Below, in pieces: positions 14,260 to 31,847 of a stretch of DNA of 64,000 nucleotides (position 1 is its first letter; every line of letters starts with the position of its first letter). A program made the translations under genes and the position numbers. The DNA comes from the human T2T-CHM13v2.0 reference genome, Homo sapiens: NCBI RefSeq assembly GCF_009914755.1, contig NC_060926.1, one strand, 5' to 3'. The notes beneath the pieces are model-generated. The model saw only the letters and a list, made by a program, of their open reading frames with translations. It was not told where the DNA came from and made no database searches.

Positions 14260-15480
14260 GACTTTGCCGCGATGACCAGAGTCCATCTGCAGTTGGGTGG
14301 CATCTGCTCCCCACATGTCACTTTCCTCATTAACAAGCAATTGAATTAATTAAATGCTACTCAGAACACGCATAACAAGCTACCGGCAGTGTCCAAATTA
14401 GCACTGATAATCAAGGATGATTTCCTTTATTATCCTGCTAAGTGGTGTGCAGACTCTGATCTCCCTGTCTGCCCTCATCTATTTACATACCCCCAGCTCC
14501 TGCCTTTGGAAGCGGAGGTTATCTTACCTAGTTAATTTGCCACGATCACCGAGCATGGCGGATTGATGCCCTGCCCCTGCCGCCACTGCCGGGCCCGGGC
14601 CCCCTCCCCGGCTGCCCTCCCCCAGCCCCAGCCTTTGTATCTCAAGCTCACTGATAAATTAAAGGCCACCCCTGTGGTCTCTCAAGTGAGTAATAGAGGC
14701 AGAAATTTCATTTTGCAACTGGCTGATTTAATGATCCAAAGGGTAATTAATGGCCTGATTATCTTAATGTTAAATATGTCCGGCAGCAATTACTGTGACC
14801 TCCCGCTTGTCAAGGTCCGGGCTGTGCTCTTCTTTCAATTAAGTTCTCTGGGGCTTAATGGTATGAATAAACTCCTCTGATTCTATCATCCCGGATGCAG
14901 AGGGTTCAGGGAGCTGGGGGCTCGTTTGGAGTTTTAATCAGCCTGTCTTCTACTCCGGCGATCAGAGTTAACAATTATAGCAAGGACAGTTTAACTTTCT
15001 TCTTCGCCGTGCAGACCCCCCTACATGTACACACATGCACACTTTTGTGTGTGGCTTTATGTGCCTTGTTTTCATGTGTTTCTTTCAGTGCTCTCAGGGA
15101 GAATTCTGTTTGTGGAGGAAGCTGCTGTGCTCTGTGAGCCTCGTCTCTTCCAATATAAATTATCATGTGAACGCTGTGGTTTTTCTATTTGACAGGCTTA
15201 ATTAATTGGCAGGAGCCCCCGAAAATGACAGTACCACTAATTGCAACTCAAAGTGAATTTCTGTCACCGCGGCGTGCTTGTCAGTGGGCCTGCCCTGGCC
15301 CCAGCCGCAGAGCGGGTCCACCCTCCCAGTTTCCCCGTCCAGGCAGGGACTGTGCCCTGCTCAAGCCACGACAGTGGCAGCCTTCTCCGAGGAGCCGTGG
15401 GTTTGCAGGCACACCGTCTGCTGGCAGGAGTGACATTTACTACCAATAAAGTTTATACATCCTCGGCTATGCAAACGCAA
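14260..15480. promoter_or_regulatory. Candidate deeply conserved developmental enhancer
   Basis: Repeat-free, more than 15 TAAT/ATTA cores, TTAATTAA palindromes and clustered TGACAG sites; conservation itself cannot be seen from one sequence. Confidence 0.6.
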
Positions 15481-16846
15481 CAGCTGCTCAGGGACCTCAG
15501 CCCTTACTTAAGATATTTTAGCAACTTCTCTTAGCAAGCCAACTTGGAATCAGACTGAGAGAACCATAACTCACTTAGCCACCCTTCATGACTGGATGGT
15601 CCTCATTAGCACACTGCTAAATATGCTTCAGTTTACTAGAGCTCAGGGCCCGGATCAGAAATATTCTGCTATAAATATTAAGCCAATTAGGAAAATGTAC
15701 AAATGAGAAGTACGTTAACACTGCCTTTAAAATAATACCTACAGATTACAGTTGACAACAGATAGAGCAATGCATCTAGTGAACCTCCACCAGGGAGCTT
15801 GGTGGGAATCCAGGCAAGCTCTCCATAAAGACTGGCTCTAATTATAAGAAAGGTGATTCTAAGAAGATTCTCCATGAGGTTAAGTATAATGGGATCTGCT
15901 TTTTCAAGGATAACTATACTTGCATTTGCCTTTGAACCAGACAGACAGAATGGTGCTCTCGGTTTATCATGCCGCCTGCCACACAGGAACCCCAGTTATT
16001 TGTTTGATCCTGCAAGAAACCAGTGTGTGCTTGGAGCCGGCTTTGCTACCGCAGAGCTGTCTAGGGTTGAAAATCCTTATCATTTACGTTCTGAAATACG
16101 GCCGTCGTGACAATTAAGGAGTTTCTGATGCTTAAGAATTTTTACTGCCCCTGGCAGATGAGAAGGCAAGTCATCAGCAGGCAGCAACTGGCTTCCAGGT
16201 GCCCTGACCACGTTCAAGCCTGTGTCTACTTGTGGGAGTGTATGAAGGAATGGAATGGGAAGATTAACCTTTTTAGGCTTGAATTATATAACATGGGCCA
16301 ATAAATATGGCCTCTATTTTGATTCCTCCAGCAGTCAAGCATTTTCCAAAGGGCCCTGTCTTTCAGTCGTGTTTTGCTTATTTTGCACCAGAGACTCTCT
16401 GTCTTCTAGTGAACTTTTCTCTTTCTTCTTCTTAATGAAGAGGAGGGAGACAAAAACATGGCCGGAGCACACAGCGCCCTGTGTGCTTGGATTATCCCCA
16501 TTCCCAGACGTGTGCCAGGGTCACATGGGAGCGCAGGTCAGACTGCAGGCACCAAGATCTGACTCCAGATGCCGCTCTGCAGTCCTGCTGCTGCTCCTGT
16601 TCCTTTTCTGCCAAATCCACGTCAGTAGCGGCATTGGGAGAACCGCCATGTTTAGCAGCACCACTCCCACTCGCCCCTGGTCAGTTTCTATCTCAGTAGC
16701 CATCGTGTGTCAAACTTACTAAATGAGTAGTGCAAACATATTATGTAACTACAGTGTCTTTCCACTTCACAGCAGCTTCACTTATAGTAATATAAGTAAT
16801 CATAAAGCCTCTTCCATTTTAGTTTACATTCATTTAGCTGACCTGA

Positions 16847-17176
<330 letters not shown>

Positions 17177-17749
17177 TAATTCTCTTCCATCAGTGCTAAT
17201 CCTAAGAGCTTCCACAGAAAACAGCACTGAGAACTGTAAAATGTTGAGATCCACCCACACAAGTGCAGGGTTAGAGCCCCCCCCCCAACCCCCGTGTTTC
17301 ACGTAACCACATCCTGCTCATGTCCCTGACCCAACACTGCGTTTTGGGAATATAAAGCCTGTATTGCAGAGACCTCACAATCATATTTATTATCTGCATG
17401 GTACAATATGGAGCCATGTCTCAGGCCATAGAGTTCCTGGTTCTGGTTTCATGGCCAGCATCTTCTGCCATTTTAATTTTAAAAACAGGGTAATTCCTCA
17501 TTTCTAAGAAGAGACTAGTCATTTTTCCACCCACTTAATTATGTAGAGTTAGTGCTAAAAGAAAATAATATTTATGAAGTTTCCTGGGCTTCCTTTTTAT
17601 CCAGAAGATACAATCAGCTTTGAGGCCTGGGTCATGCATACTAGCAGTGAGAGGGACAGGTGGTCCATGCCCTCCCCGGGGGTTGTGGAGGGCCTGCTGA
17701 TATAGAAGATGTGGCCCATGTTTATTTTGCTTTGTATGTATATAATGGT

Positions 17750-17900
17750 TTATTGCAGCATCAGTATCACATGGAAAGGTATATTCTTGAGCCCCACCCA
17801 AGCCTACCCAGTCAGCATCCCTAGGGGGTAGGGTCCAGTGGTGTGTTTTAACTCTCTAGGTAATTCTTATGCACATTAAAGTTTGAGACACTCTGGTCTG
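17750..17900. mobile_element. MER5-like hAT-Charlie DNA transposon fragment
   Basis: gcagcatcagtatcac...gagccccaccc...ggtaattcttatgcacattaaagtttgaga. Confidence 0.65.
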
Positions 17901-18605
17901 CACTAAGTAGTAAAAATAAAAGTCCACAATCTTGCCTGTGAACTCACTGTGTTAATCCAAGTCCCTGGACTTCATTCCTCACTTCTTTAGACCCAGGTCT
18001 TCTGTTTTCTTCCTTTACCAGACTGTTGTCTGGCTTAGCATATCCAGTATATCCCAGCAGATGTTACAGCCAGAGAGCATCTACAAGAGGATTAGACTCT
18101 GTGATCAGGTGGCACTGAATGCAAGGAAGGCAAGGTTGGTTCGACACGCAAAAATCAATCAATGTGATATACCACATTAATACAGTAAAGAGAGAAGAAA
18201 ACATAATCTTTTCAAGGGATACAGAAAATACATTTGACAAAACCACGTGCCCTTTCATGGTAACAAACACTCAGCAAACTAGAAATAAAAGGAAACTTGC
18301 TGAACCTGATAAAGGACATCTCTAAAAAACCCACAGCTAACATTGTACTTTATGGTGAAATACTGCAGGCTTTTCCCCTAAGATCACAAACAAGACAAGA
18401 ATGTCACCAGATCTGTTCAGCATTATACTGGAGGTTCAAGCCAGGGAATTAGGCAAGAAGAAGAAACCAAAAGCATCCAGATTTGAAAAGAAGTAAAACT
18501 ACCTCCATTTCCAGATGACATAATCTTTTATGTGGAAAATCCTAAGGAACCCATAAGAAACATGTTAAGCAAAATTGAAGGATACAAGATCAATGTGCAA
18601 AACTC

Positions 18606-18900
18606 TTAGCTGGCCATGGTGGCACAGTTCTGTAGTCCCAGCTACTCAAGAGGCTCAGGCAGGAGGATTGCTTGAGCCCAGGATTTCAAGGCTGCAGTGG
18701 GCCACAATCGCACCACCACTTTCCAGCCTGGGGAACAGAGCAAGACTCTGACTCTTAAAAAATCAAAAAGGCCAGGTGCAGTGGCTCATACCTTAAATCC
18801 CAATGTTTTGGGAGGCTGAGGCTGGAGGATTACTTGAAGCTAGGAGTTCAAGACCAGCCTGGGCAAAATAACAAGACCGTATCTTTAAAAAAAAAAAAAA
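18606..18900 (+). mobile_element. Alu right-arm fragment followed by a left-arm/FLAM monomer
   Basis: Right-arm motifs at 18606-18769, then ggccaggtgcagtggctca at 18770 ending in an A-tail. Confidence 0.8.
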
Positions 18901-19523
18901 TTCTATTGTATTTCTTTCTGTACACTAGCAATGGACAATCAAAATAAAATTAAGGACAGTTCCATTTACAAATAGCATCAAAAAGAGTAATATACTTAGA
19001 AATAAATTACCTGTACACTGAAAACTACAAAGCATCATCGAAAGAAATTAAAGAAGACCTAAGTAAATGAAAAGACATCATGTTCACGGATTGGAATATG
19101 GCAGTACTCTTCAAATCGATGTACAGAGTCGGCAAAATCACTTTCAGAATCTCAGCTGCCTGTTTTTTTCCCAGAAATTTGACAGCTAATCCTAAAATTC
19201 ATATGGCACAGTAAGAGACCGTCAAATATCAAAACGGTCTTGAAAAAAGAATGAAGAAGTTGGAGATCTCACACTTTCTGATTTCAGAATTTACTGCAAA
19301 AGCATGGTGATCCAAGCCTGTGTGATATTGGTGTAAAAATAGACACACACGTCAATGAAGCGGAATCGAGAGTCCAGAAATGAGCCCCTTCATCGGTGGG
19401 CAGTTGATTTCCAAAAAAGATGCCAAGACATCTTCCCCATCAATGGGGAAGGAATAGTCTTTTTAGGAAGTGGTGCTGGGACAACTGGATATCCACTTGT
19501 GAAAGAATGAAGTTAGACTCTTA

Positions 19524-19928
<405 letters not shown>

Positions 19929-20131
19929 TTAGGCAGTGGTTTCTTAGATATGATACCTAAAGTGCAAGCAATAAAAGAAAAAATAGATAAATTGAATATT
20001 AGCCAAATTAAAAATTTTAGTGCTTCAAAGGGCAGTGTCAGAAAAGTAAAAATGCACAGAATGGGTGAAAACATTTGAAAATTAAATATCCAGTAGGGAT
20101 CTGGTATCCAGAATATATAAAGAACGGTTAC

Positions 20132-20814
<683 letters not shown>

Positions 20815-22155
20815 TGGGCTAAGACTCTAAATAGACATTTCTCCAGAAAATATAAAAATGGCCAGTAAATACATGAAAAGATGCCTAATGTCATTACTTT
20901 TTAGGGAAATGCAGATCACCCTTGAGCCCCCACCGCACGTGCTCTTGGACGGTCGTGGCAAGTGTTGGTGAGGAACGTGGAGACACTGGTGCAGCCACTT
21001 GGGAAGATAGTCTGGCACTTCCTCGAAAAGTTAAACCTAGAGTTACCGTATGACCCAGCCATTCCTCCCCCAGGTCTATACCTAAGATAAATGAAAACAC
21101 TTGTCCACACAAAAATGTACACCTGAGTGTTCACAGCAACATCATTCATAATAGCCAAAAAGTGAAAGTAACCCAGGTGTCCCTCTGTGGATGAATGGGT
21201 GAACAAAACATGGTCTGTCCGTACACCAGAACGTGATTCTGCCATGGGAAGGAGTGAAGTGTGGATACAGGTTGTAACGTGGGTGAACCTTGAAGACATG
21301 ATGCTAAAGGAAAGGAAGCAGGCACAGAAGGCCACACCGTGTACCATTCCATCTGTCTGATGGCCAAAACAGGCACCTCCATAGTAATGCAAAGTAGATT
21401 CCTGCTTGCCAGGTGCAGGGGAGGGAGGGGCAGTGGCGTATAGGGAGTGATTGCCTAATGAGTACGAAACTTCTTTTGGAGACAACGAAAATGATCTGGA
21501 TTTACATAGTAGTGATGGTTGTACATCCTTGCAAATATACTAAAAACCACTGAGTTGTACACTTTTAAAGTGTGAATTTTATGGTATATAAATTATGTCA
21601 ATTTTGAAAAAAAAAAAAAAGGAATTTCCAAAGGAAAACAGATGAGCCAGGGCGTTCCACAAAGAGCAGCTGGAGCAAAGGTGCAGGCGTACAGGAACGC
21701 ATGCTGGGTGGCGGGGGCCTGGGTGCGGGCCGAGGGCTGGCGTGGCTGCCCCTCCTCAGGCCTGGGGAGTAGAGCTCTGAGCAGGATGTGCACTGCAGCC
21801 AAATTCCTGCCCTGCGGACGGCCCACAGGGGAGCGAGAGCAGGTGGAAGGTGGTGCCTATGTCCAGGGGAGCAAGTGAGCCTGAATCAGCGATCATCACC
21901 ACCAGATACTGGGAGTCCCTGGGAGAGATCAGGCACTTGACAAGCCCTGCCTCTTGGAATCCGCACAGCAAACCAATGCCATTCTTTCCTTTTCCTGGGC
22001 TAGGAAACTCAGGCCTGTGTCTCCCTGAGCCTGTGAATGCAGGACGGGCCAGAACCCACCCCAGATCTGACCTCCCTAGAGGAAGCCATGGCCAGAGGGG
22101 AGGGGAGGGAGGCAGAGCCAGGCTGGTATGGGATTCTAGGAGCATACTCAGGACT

Positions 22156-23105
<950 letters not shown>

Positions 23106-24037
23106 AGGAATGGTGGCTCTTAACCAAAGTGAATGTGGGGTGTGGGAAAGACAAGCATCCATGTTGATGTTTAGTTTTCTTTCTTGGGCCATTGGGAGGA
23201 TGATGAGGCCTTTAAACAACAAGCAAAACACACAAAAGGTAATTCCAGTTGTAAAATCTTGACGAGATTATTTTCATGTTAAGAAAGGTAAAAGTTGCAC
23301 ACATTTGTGCTGGTGATTTCGACAAGATTAATTGATTGATTTCTAGGCTGGCCACCCAGTGTAGCAGAGGCCCAGCCTCACCTTTGCAGTCTTGGCTTTG
23401 TGACTGGGTTACTGGGCTTTAGAGGCAAACTGTCCGAGGCCAGTGGGACAAAGCAAGCCACTCCTGGCTGCAGAGATCTGACTTCACAGAATTACTTGAG
23501 GCCCAGAAAGGGAGAACAGCAGTGACAATACCATTAAAGCTTCAAATAATTAAATGTCATTTATAACTGATACAAAATTTCATCAACCAGGGGTCTGGAA
23601 GATGAACATTATCTGGAGCACACATCACTCAATTTTAGGGACCCACTCATATAAAAAGCATCTCTGATGTACGTGATCTAATACAAATGACCCTGGAGGA
23701 TACATACATAATCATAATGACTTACCTATAAGTCTCTCCTCAAGGACCTCGAAGAGCTGCCACAATGTCTTCATGCTGATCCTTGCCATCTTAATGAAAT
23801 TAGGAGATAACTGTTTAAAATCAGAGAAGATGACACCCAGACAGGAAAAGTGACTTGCCTATAATTAACCCAGTGACTTGGACCAAGCCAGAATTAGCCT
23901 GTGAACCCGTCACCCAGAGACTCCTGAGAGAAGCCAACAGCGTGGCTTAGGAGCATGGAGTTATGGCTGCAAATGCCTCTAGTAGCTTTCAGCCTCAAAT
24001 GCTAAAGCCCAGGACACTCCTACACGTGAAAATTTGC

Positions 24038-24340
24038 TCTGCCGTGGCTCGCGCCTGTAATCCCAGCACTTTGGGGAGGCCGAGGTGGGTGGATCACTTG
24101 AGGTTGGGAGTTTGAGACCTGCCTGGCCAACATGTTGAAATCCTGTCTGTACTAAAAAAAAAATACAAAAATTGGCCAGGCATAGTGGCACACATCTGTA
24201 ATCCCAGCTACTCAGGAGGCTGAGGCAGGAGACTCACTTGAACTTGGGAGGCGGAGGTTGCAGTGAGCTGAGATCGTGCCACTGCACTGCATTCTGGACA
24301 ACAGAGCGGGACTCCGTCTTAAAACTAAATAAATAACAAA
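24038..24340 (+). mobile_element. AluS
   Basis: Dimeric Alu motifs. Confidence 0.9.
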
Positions 24341-25934
24341 ATGCCAGTAGCACTCCTGCTGAGGAGCATGGAAAGAGCCCTCCAAAAATTAAACCCACAC
24401 TGCTGCAGAGGGACCCAGGATCAGCTCCCACCAGCTGATTGCTGGTATCCTTTAAACAGCACGTGAAAAGACCTGGAAGAGCCTCGCACCCTTCCTGGGA
24501 GAATTCTTTGGGGGTGTGGAAGGAATGAACTGAGAAAGAGGAATATGTTTTCATTCTAAATTGCCAAACTATACCTTTCTAAACACATAAAATGAAAACA
24601 AGAATAATCACCTGTTCTGTAATATTCCAGAGGAGCCATAGTAGATACTCAATAAATATTTGAGAGATTGTGTTACTTTTTCATTGTTTTCTTTCCAAAA
24701 ACTAAAGTTAGGGTCATGATATATGACTGATAAAAAAAGGAAGTGGAAGTAAGTGGCCAGGCAAAGGCTCCATGGAGCATCAGCCTGACTGATACTGCTG
24801 GAGAGGTGAGGCAGATACAGACAGACAGCAGCTTATCGGAGGCCGGAAGGCTTACGTGCTGCCTTCATCACGGGCTTCGTCAAAACCTCTGGGTTTCAAC
24901 ACAGCATTGGAAAAGGCTCTGTTCCTGACGTTCCCACTTGTGGTTTTGAAATTGCCAAGCCAAGGGAAGTTCAATAACTTATTCGCACACAGGGGCACGT
25001 CCATTGGCTTTGAGTTAGGAGTGTCGGTGGTGGTGTCTTCAGCTCCTCGGGCCCCTATTGTTGCTGCCTGCTTGTGACTCTGCATTCGACTGGATGCATT
25101 TTATTTCTGAAATACACTCGCCCCGTGGGCGGTTTTCATCTGGCTGTGAAGCAGCCATCAAAGAAAGCTCCCCTAAATGTTCTGTTCGCAGGCAGCCTAG
25201 AAACCTTTTCTGACATGTTGCTAACACTCCATCAGGCTCTCTCTGGAATAGGAACAGTGTTCGGCCAGCCTGTGGACAGTTGGGTGATTATCGAAAGGGA
25301 GGCCCACAGGGGCTGCAGAGCTTAGAAAAAGGAACGCTTTTAAATGTGCATATTTACAACAAAATCCTGCTTCCTAAGGCAAGCGAGTGGGGTCCCATTG
25401 TTGCCGGAACACATCATCTCCATCATCCTTTTAAAAATGGGGCTCTTCTGACAGCTGCCTCCTGCTGGGTTGTGGAGCTCTGTGGCACCCAGTTGGGCTT
25501 CAGGGCAAATGAAGCCTTAGGACCCACCATCTAGCACTGCTTTCAGCAAAGCCTTCCAGAGTCCTTCCTTCTGTCCAGCAGCTTCCTTATCAGATGGGAA
25601 AATCCTTGCATCATTAAACGTGACAAGTCACTGTGCTTGTCCCCAGCTGTTGTGCTGAGATTCTAGGGAGTAGCTGTCTGATGGCCAGGGTGGCACTGTG
25701 GTCGGCATGTGTCAGCAACATCAGAGTCACTACTCGTGGCCCTCAGTGGGATGTGCCCTCAGTAATGGCTTGCCCATGTGTCCTGAAAACCCTTCTTCCA
25801 TTGCTTGTCCCACTAGGGCCACCCTGCCCAAGCTCTGGAGGGGACACTCACTGTGCAAATCCGTTTACTGACACATGGGCCTCAGGAAGCCCTGATTTGC
25901 AGGCTGCAGTGAATGCACAAATTACTAGAATTTT

Positions 25935-26257
<323 letters not shown>

Positions 26258-26379
26258 TAGAATTTTGAATACCTCATTCTTAAGGTCCCAGTATCATGCC
26301 ATTCTTTTGAGATTGTTGAGATAAATCATGAACTCTTAAAATGGTTGGATTATCCAGAGCAAGTGGTATATTATTCTTT

Positions 26380-26660
26380 TAGCTTTTTAAAAAATTTATA
26401 TTGGGGTATAATTTGCATACTGCATTACACACATTTTGAGTATACAATCAATTCAGTTGGTTTTGATAACTGCATAGGTCTATCAATAATATTCCTATCA
26501 CCCCAGGAACTTCCCCTGTCCCCCCTCCTGTTTATTCTCCCTGTTCAGAAGCAGCCATGAATCTGACATCTGTCAGGATAGGTTAGTTTTGCCTCTTAGA
26601 AAATTCATGGAAATGGAATTATATGGTATATACGTTTTTGTGCCTGGCTACTATCACTCA
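26380..26660 (-). mobile_element. L1M 3'UTR fragment
   Basis: ttggggtataatttgcatac...aatggaattatatggtat...tgcctggctactatcactca. Confidence 0.65.
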
Positions 26661-26859
26661 AAAATGTAATTGAAAAGAATTGTTTATCTACCAATGATAC
26701 ATTTTCCCCATGTAAGGGAATATCTGAAAATGTCTTCTTCACCAACCAATTTTTTTTTTTTTATCACTGAGACCTAAGAGTTTACTGTAAGTCAGATGTA
26801 CTCTGTGTAGATCTGCTTCTGGAGTTGGGGTTCAGAGTTCCAACTCAGGTCAGACTGGC

Positions 26860-27045
26860 AGCATCCAACCTGGTCTTTACCACTGGCTTGCTGTGTGACC
26901 CGGGCTGGATGTTCACCCTCACTGTGCCTCAGTTTCCCATTCTGCCAAGTGAGGGGTAAGTGTAGTACCTGCCTCATCAGGATGATTTCAAGAATTAAAT
27001 GAACAATATATATAACACAATGCTGAACACCTAATCTTCTCAATA
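26860..27045 (+). mobile_element. MIR SINE
   Basis: gctgtgtgacccgggc...tgtgcctcagtttcccattctg...tagtacctgcctcat...gaattaaatga. Confidence 0.8.
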
Positions 27046-27713
27046 GAGGGCTAAGTTCTAAATAGAAGTCATCTATTAGTTTTTTTAAGGAAAAATCACT
27101 ACGCTTTTAAAGGAGAAAAACTTGTAAGAGTGAGACACTCTGAGCAAGTTCAGAAACATCGTTAAAAATTATAATGAAAAATACTATGTCTACCTGTCAT
27201 ATTTGCTATAATGCTAAATCAGGTGGGCAGGACAAGTCTTCAGTATCTACAGAAATGCCTAGTATTGAGCTAGCCCATTTGAGAAAGTAAAGATGTTTCT
27301 GGAAAGACAATCTGATTATTTTCTTAGGAAGTAGTGTGAAATAATCTATGTTACTATGCGCTAGATGATGTGGCCAAGACTGGGAGTAACACGTATTGGA
27401 AGAAGAGAATGGGGTCCTGTCTTTTCTCTGTTCTGGGGAAGAAACCTCATCTCTTAACAGACGTTCCGCACATCCTTTCCAGTATGCCGTGTTCACGTGA
27501 GGTGAGACGAGGAAGAGCGAGTGTTTTTCACAAGAGTCTCATGGAATCCAAAGAGTAATGACCGTTCCTGGATGTTTTGCATCATGTTCCAAATCATAGC
27601 CACCGGGCTGTCAGGGTCAGCCATCCGTCCTGTGCTATCTCATCTGGCAAAGAGAAGGACATGTTGTGTATGTTCCTGTAAGACAGAGTGGCTCTTACTA
27701 AAATCAAATAATT

Positions 27714-28008
27714 GGCTGGGTGTGGTGGCTCACACCTGTAATCCCAGCACTTTGGGAAGCCAAGGCAGGCAGATTGCCTGAAGTCAGAAGTTTGAGACCA
27801 GCCCGGCCAACATGGTGAAACCCCATCTCTGCTAAAAATACGAAATTTAGCTGGGCGTTGTGGCATGTGCCTGTAATCCCAGCTACTCGGAGGCTGAGGC
27901 AGGAGAATTGCTTGAATCCAGGAGGCAGAGGTTGTAGTGAGCCAAGATCACGCCACTACACTCCAGCCTGGGCAACAGAGCAAGACTCCATCTCAAAAAA
28001 ACAAAAAA
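27714..28008 (+). mobile_element. AluS
   Basis: Dimeric Alu motifs. Confidence 0.92.
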
Positions 28009-28242
28009 TCAAATAGCTAGCGCAGATCACTGTGAAACATCTGATGGTAAAAAACAAAGGTCGTTTTGTTCCATAATATAATAACCCTTCCTGTTGGCCA
28101 ACTCCCTCTCCTCTCCTCTGGCACTGCTGGTAAGAGTGAAAGTTGGGGAAACCTTCCTGGAAGGAACTTGGCAATATGTGTCAATAGCCTTTAAAATGAT
28201 ATGCTTTTTGACCTAGCAGTTCTTCTCTTAACATTTATCCTA

Positions 28243-28550
<308 letters not shown>

Positions 28551-28569
28551 CTAAAAACTGAAGGATGTA

Positions 28570-28870
28570 GGCTAGGCATGGTGGTTCACGCCTGTAATCC
28601 TAGCACTTTGGGAGGCCAAGGCAGGCGGATCATGAGGTCAGGAGATCGAGACCATCCTGGTCAACATGGTGAAACCCCGTCTCTACTAAAAATACAAAAA
28701 TTAGCTGGGCATGGTGGTGCATGCCTGTAATCCAAACTGCTCGGGAGGCTGAGGCAGAAGAATCACTTGAACCCGCGAGGTGAAGGTTGCAGTGAGCTGA
28801 GATCACGCTAGTGCGCTCCAGCCTGGGCAACAGCGTGAGACTCCATCTTAAAAAAAAAAAAAGAAAGAAA
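28570..28870 (+). mobile_element. AluSc-like
   Basis: ggagatcgagaccatcctggtcaacatgg. Confidence 0.88.
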
Positions 28871-28874
28871 TTTT

Positions 28875-29552
<678 letters not shown>

Positions 29553-30139
29553 TAGGGTTCTGATTTATTCTTATTTATTGCTTATCTTTATTTTCTAATT
29601 TTCTGCCATTTAAAAAATTTGGTTAGATTTTTAATAAGCTATCTATGACATCAGAGCCGTAGAGGGCCGGGAATGTGTCATTGACATGAATGGCATGGCT
29701 TGCCTTTCACCCAGTGTGACAGTGGTGGCTGACGCCACCCAAGGGCACACTGGTCCACTGTCAGTGGCGCCTAGAGCCCTGGCATCTGCTGGCTGTGGCG
29801 CTGTATGAGAGCATTCGTGTTAGGAGTACCACTGGGGTGTGACCCCCACATTGCTCCCGAAAGCTGTGCAGCCATGACCCGCACCCTCCCCAGACTCAGT
29901 TTCCTCCTCTGGAAGTGGACCTGCTAGTTCTCCTTTTGTTCCCAGTTTGCTCTTGGTTTGGATTTGGCATCAGGGCGAGTGGTTAGGGGCAGCGTCCGGA
30001 CACCATGCTCACCTACCCAGATGAATGAGAAAGAGCAGCATTGAAATCCTCAGGCTAATTCTGAAGGACTCTTAGCAGCTGAGGAGCATCTATAAAGTTA
30101 TGAGTTCCTCTGAAGTTTTAGTGAAATTACGGGGCTACT

Positions 30140-30705
30140 CTGTGGCCTACCACTTCCACCCCTAGGCGTATCCACAAGAGAAATGAAACCTGCGTTCACA
30201 CAGAAACTTGCACATAAATGTTCATGGCAGCATCGTTCCTATTAGCTACACAGTGGAAACAAACTAAAATGTCTATCCACCAATGAATGCATAAACAAAA
30301 TATGGTGTATCCACACAATGGAATATTGTTCAGCCACAGAAAAGACTAAAGCATTGATGTATACTACAACGTAAATGCACCTTCAACATTATGAAGCCAG
30401 TCACAAAAGACTTCATACCGTGTAATTACATGAAATGGCCAGAATAGGCCAATCCATACGGACAGAAAGTGGATTGGGGTGGCCCTGGGCCGGGGCAGGG
30501 GCGGGGAGGCATCAGGGGGATGGGCAGTGCTTGCTCATGGGAGTGGGACTTCTTTTTGGGGTGATCAAAATGTCCCCAAATTGGTTGTCATGGTGGTTCC
30601 ATGACTCTGAAAAATGCTAAAACCATTGAATGGTGCATTTGGAGATGAGTGAATCGTAGGGTATGTGAATTACATCTCAGCAAAGCTGTTAGAAAAAAGA
30701 AAAGA
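30140..30705 (+). mobile_element. L1M 3' end
   Basis: ataaacaaaatatggtgtatccacacaatggaatatt...tatgtgaattacatctcagcaaagctgtt. Confidence 0.8.
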
Positions 30706-31847
30706 TATGCCACATTTTAAGTGGTGGGAAAAATCAAAGAGAGCATGTTCTGAGTTTTAAACAAAGCTAGAGGAGATCATGTTTCTGAGACCGTTAAGGA
30801 AGCCCACGGCTTTGCCGGCATGGAGTGAGAAGATGGGAACCACCTGCCCAGTCGGGCTTGGAGGGCAGCGCTGGTTCATTTCTTTGACATCAGTGGCCTT
30901 AGCCCCGAATAATCCTTTTTAGAAAATCAAAGAAGCACTCAGGCTAAATATGCAGGATTTTTGAAGTGTCCAACAGATTTTATTTGAGACCATAAAAGGG
31001 GTTTGTGAACTGTCTGGGACAGTCATGGACCAAGTCTGAGCCCACCTGGCCTGCAGATGGCTTCCTGCTGAGCACCTCGGTGGTCCCAGCCACTCCTGGA
31101 AGGATTGGTTCTAGCACAGAGAACAGAGCCCACCCAAGGGACTGTGAGGACCTGGCTTGGGGTGGCAGGGCCTGACCCCAAGGATACATACAATCTGGAA
31201 CATTTATTTGTTCAACAGCCACTCTCCCAGAACCACACTGGGGCCATGCGATCTACAGACCCTTATGTGTGCTGTGTGTGCAGAGGGGACTCACGGTAAA
31301 CAGTTCAGCCAGTGTTTGTGAATCTGCAGTGCGATGCAGGAAGACCTGCCTGATCTGCGGTGGACTGGCCAGGACCAGCCTAGGAAAGCCATTTGGGCTG
31401 ATCTGTCTGAAAGAGCTGAATTAAAAGTGAGAGTTTTAATAACAGAAATGAAGAAGGAAAAAAATGGCCAGCAGCATAGGAGTGCTCCCCAGTGTTGCTG
31501 GGGAGTTTCGCTGCTGCTCAGCCCCTGTTCAGGGTCTTCTGGAAGCTCCCAGCAGCCTCCTGAGACAGACAGGTTGGAGCACCACAGCTGCCTGCGGCTG
31601 GCACACAGAGTCGTAATTTTTCTTGGTTTTAAAAACCAATCCAGATCTTGGAATTATCCACCGTTGTGGTAAACTTAAAATTGTCCAAAGACACCGGATG
31701 ACTCTCCTTCAAATGGTGTCCCTGGCCCATCTCTAGGAGAGAACTAAACTTTTTTTAAAAAAACTCACATATCCTGTGGCTTTTCAATTCTCAAAAAAAG
31801 CTTTTGTCTCTCCTGTCTGTTCTCTCCAAAAGTAGTCTTCGTTGTGG

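Noticed and set aside
14260-15480. HACNS1/HAR2, the well-known AGAP1 intronic accelerated enhancer
   Set aside because: I did not find its core sequence as I remember it, and it is recalled to lie in a more 5' intron, upstream of the ArfGAP exons.
18119-18325. Functional reverse transcriptase
   Set aside because: Short remnant of a truncated, Alu-interrupted ancient L1.
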